A stretch of 64,000 nucleotides of DNA, taken from the NCBI GenBank assembly GCA_951406725.2, contig OX597828.1, forward strand, positions 46,996,001-47,060,000, given 5' to 3'. Every line of letters starts with the position of its first letter. Positions within the stretch are counted from its first letter, which is position 1. This document shows, one piece after another, positions 60,164 to 64,000 of this stretch. The notes below the pieces were generated by a model, which saw only the letters and a program-made list of their open reading frames with translations, made no database searches and had not been told where the DNA came from. Position numbers and translations under genes: made by a program. This DNA comes from Octopus vulgaris (taxonomy: Eukaryota).

Positions 60164-60205
<42 letters not shown>

Positions 60206-60719
60206 TTAAATAGCAAAGTCTTATTGTGTACAAACTTTGTTTTCATGTTATTGTATTGCATAAGATTAACGATCCAAGGTCTTTCAATATATATATATAT
60301 ATATATATATATATCTATAGATGCCAAATATATATATATGAAATTGCACGAATTTTGCTGCGTGCAGACGTTTTGATATATGTACAACTTTTTGTATAAT
60401 TTGATTCATATTCATACTGTATATGTATGTATGCGTTTACGCGCATCTTTTGTGTATGTTGATATATATATGTGGATTTTTTTATATAAATATATTGCAG
60501 TATTTATAACAGGTTTAATTCTATGCATTAATTTGTATAGGTTTTTTCCTCGGTATTTTCCTCGTTTTATAATTTTTATAAGTTTTTATATATATACATA
60601 TATTTTTGACCTTTTGTTTATCGCTCGAAGATTGACCGTTTTTTTCAGGCCTCAAACAAGTCATTTCTTTTTAAATGTGCGTTTGTAGTAGATTGAATTA
60701 ATATATATGTTCCATTCTA

Positions 60720-60767
60720 GCAAAACTGTCTGATGAACGGCAACAGAACTCAGAGTAACGATTTTGT
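60720..60767 (+). ncRNA. Degenerate hammerhead-like motif, canonical CUGAUGA, damaged helix II
   Basis: GCAAAACUGU-CUGAUGA-ACGGCAACA-GAA-CUC-A-GAG-UA-ACGAUUUUGU; 10-bp helix I with one mismatch. Confidence 0.35.
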
Positions 60768-60790
60768 TGAATTTTCTGCGCTTAAATAAA

Positions 60791-60850
<60 letters not shown>

Positions 60851-62440
60851 GTGTGTGTATGTATATATATATATATATATATATATACATGTGTGTGTAT
60901 GTGTGTGAGTGCGTGTACGCGCCTATGGCGCTCTTCCTCCATAAGATGTTTGACCTAGGACAAAACATATGCTCAAGGTGCTGAAATTTCATTTAATTCC
61001 CAAAGTTCTTGTTAACATGATATCAAAGGTGCATAAGTATACCTGACCAAACTGGTACAACGGAAGAGGAGCGATCCTAAACACTGATGACCTGATTTCA
61101 GAAACCCTAGTATTTTTTACCACTAGGCCACTCCTGCGTTCAATTTCTTTATTTTAAGAAGTGCGTCAATCTTAATGACATTTAAACTATAAACACATCC
61201 AAATGGTTTCGTTTTGTTTTTTGCTTTACCTTTTAGTTTTACTTCAAATTTGATTTATTTTATTTTATTCATTTTATTCATCTTTTTATTTTATTTATTT
61301 GTTAACTTATTTATTTGTTATCTTAACATATTTCACTTCCCCCACCGAATTATACATTATTCAAATTTCCTTTATATAGATGGATTTTCTTTTCTGTCCG
61401 TGTTTTGAATTACAACTTTCTCAGATAGCAACGACCTTCTGAAAGATAGCTTTTGCGAGTCAAGTCAGAAACAACCTTTCTAATTACGTATCCGTTTTAA
61501 TTTTTTTTTCTTTTCCTTCTGTGTTGCTGGCTATTAACGAAACCCTTCATGAGTCGTTTAATTTGTACCTGTTAGAAATAACAGCCAATTTACCCTCAAA
61601 TCACTCATTACCTCTTTTCAAAAAGACATCGGAAAGACTGAATATTTTGTCCGGGGTGCATAATGTCTGGAAAATGATGGAGAGATTATAGTTAGAAAAA
61701 ATGTTATCGAGAGGTCTAATTGTTCATGGTTTAAACAACAATGATAACAACAGCATGAGCCAATGTGAGTGCGTCTACTGGGTCGCTCAATTTGCTGTGA
61801 ATATCATTTAAATTTCTCTCGTATCACACCTTGTTGGCTTTAAAAATAAAAATAAAACAAGGTTATATTGAATAATGTACAATAATGAAGTCGTAAATAG
61901 ACACTCAACAGAATAAAAATTAAAGCTGGTATTGTTCACTAGGCCATTAGCTGTGTTGTAATAGTACTGGTGTATACGCTGTATGGCTGAATGATTAACA
62001 AGTTGGGAGTAGGCGTGGCTATGGGCGCAGACATGGATGTTTGTAAGAAGTTTGCTTTCCAACCACATGGTTCCGGGTTCAGTCCCGCTGCAGGAAACCT
62101 TGCACAAATGTCTTCTATTATAACCTCGGCAGGCCAAAACCGTCTAAGGGAATTTTGTAGACGGACACTGAAAGAAGCTCGTCGTACATATGTGTGTATG
62201 TATGTATGTATGTATGTATGCATGTATGTATGCATGCATGTATGTATGTATGTATGTATATATGTATGTATGCATATATATATATATATATATACATGCA
62301 TACATACATACATACATACATACATACATACATGCATGCATACATACATGCATACATGCATACATACATACATACATACATACATACATACATACATGCA
62401 TACATACATTCATACATACATACATACATACATACATACA

Positions 62441-62476
<36 letters not shown>

Positions 62477-62581
62477 TATAAAGTTAATCCAAACATGAAA
62501 ACACAAAGAGAAAACACAACAACGCGAGAACGTGGAACAAATAGTATTATTGGACGCTCAGGAAAGAAGGAAAGAAGGAGA

Positions 62582-62616
62582 GTATAACGTTTCGAGCTGA
62601 GCTCTTCGTCGGAAAC
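62582..62616 (-). ncRNA. Minimal hammerhead-like motif, U4C core variant, in a TA-flanked repeat (62480-62686)
   Basis: GUUU-CCGACGA-A-GAGC-UCA-GCUC-GAAA-CG-UU-AUAC. Confidence 0.5.
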
Positions 62617-64000
62617 ATAGGAGAAGGAAAGATCCAGAGAAGGGAAGACAGAGGAAAAAATTCGCCAACGGTACACACGCGGTCACATATATATATATAT
62701 ATATGGTTTTCAACGGCAAACTTTGCTATAACGGTTTGACTCAGCCGTAAAAGAACTGGATACATTACCCCCGACGGCTTTCCTCAGTTTCCGTCTAAAC
62801 CTGTTTCACTCACAAGGTTTGAGTTCATCTATGCTAGAAATCACTTAATTGCGAAGCTATCTTCTTAGTCACACAACCAGGAACGGCTTATGTTTGTATA
62901 GAAAAGGGCCGAAAAAATATTGTTTTATAATTATGTTTTATCTTGAAGTTTCGTATCTGTATATTCTTTACCCCACATCATATCTCGTTCATTTCTTTCT
63001 AGAATCGTTTTCAAGCATGACCCGTTATTCCTCTATATAAACTTATAAATAGAATTGGTAGAGTATGGAATATAATATCTTGCAGTAATTGTCAGGCAGC
63101 GAGCTGGCAGAAACGTTAACACGCCGGGCGAAATGCGTAGCCGTATTTCGTCTGCCGTTACGTTCTGAGTTCAAATTCAGCCGAGGTCGACTTTGCCGTT
63201 CATCCTTTCGGGGTCGATAAATTAAGAACCAGCTACGCACTGGGGCGATGTAATCGACTTAATCCCTTTGTCTGTCCTTGTTTGTCCCTTCTATGTTTAG
63301 CCCTTTGTGGACAATAAAGAAATAAGAATCGTTAGCACAACTGGAAAATACTTAGCAGCATTTCGTTTGTCTTTACGTTCTGAGTTCAAATTACACCGAT
63401 CGACTTTACCTTTCATCCTTTTCAAGGTCGACCCCGACATTGCTGGATTTGTTTCAAGGTTTGAAACTGATATTAAAGCCTGCTTGATTAGGGTTGGAAT
63501 GACTATGTCTGAATATCAATAAGAAGAACAACAGGGTTACATTAGTGTTGTAAAATAAGGTATAAATACAAACATGATCACCTAAAAACTTAAACGAATA
63601 TAGAATCTATGAGTCAAAGAGGAAAGCCACGTGGCCGATGGACGCGCTAGAACCAGCAGCCAAAATCCCTGTCAAAATCCTTATCGCCGTCGTGTTGGAG
63701 ATATGATGTGACCATAGGGATAGACTACAATGACAACAACAGTGACAACGACAAAGCCAATACAACAAGCAAACCACACCAACTAGAACCACAAGATTTT
63801 AGAAAGATTATCAGCGAGGTGTGGAGGCGCGTGGCTTAGTGGTTAGGGTGTCAGCATCATGATCGTATGATTGTGGCTTCGGTTCCTGGACCGGGCGACG
63901 CGTTGTGTTCTTAAGCAAAACACTTCATTTCACGTTGCTCCAGTCCACTCAGCTGGCAAAAATGAGTAGCGCTGCGATGGACTGGCGTCCCGTCCAGCTG

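Noticed and set aside
61077-61120. CUGAUGA...GAAAC...GUA hammerhead candidate
   Set aside because: Helix II is only 2-3 bp and helix I is mismatched; compatible with chance.

Overview
Eukaryotic, AT-rich genomic DNA saturated with microsatellites. The SINE families and repeat landscape look like an octopus or other coleoid cephalopod (inferred from repeat types, not proven). One well-supported protein-coding gene is present: a + strand, intron-containing class II SAM-dependent O-methyltransferase of the ASMT/HIOMT family. Six coding exons lie at 12696-19526 with phase-compatible GT-AG junctions, and a candidate first coding exon lies at 3804-4024. The protein has a ~65-70 aa Asn-Gly-Thr-rich insertion and altered active-site motifs. 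The rest of the window is repeats: three tRNA-derived SINE families (including self-nested tandem arrays), a Penelope-like GIY-YIG fragment, R4/Dong-like and RTE-like LINE fragments, a decayed mariner, Tc1/mariner- and piggyBac-type MITEs, Helitron-like elements, a 34 x 34-bp intronic minisatellite and a 2.9-kb GC-rich triplet expansion. The most interesting signal is six minimal hammerhead-ribozyme-like motifs, one in the Penelope-like element and five in short (TA)n-associated repeats. Their catalytic cores carry three different Watson-Crick identities at the 3-8 tertiary pair (U3-A8, G3-C8, C3-G8) plus U4C and A6U variants. Most ORFs in the supplied track are microsatellite or SINE artefacts.
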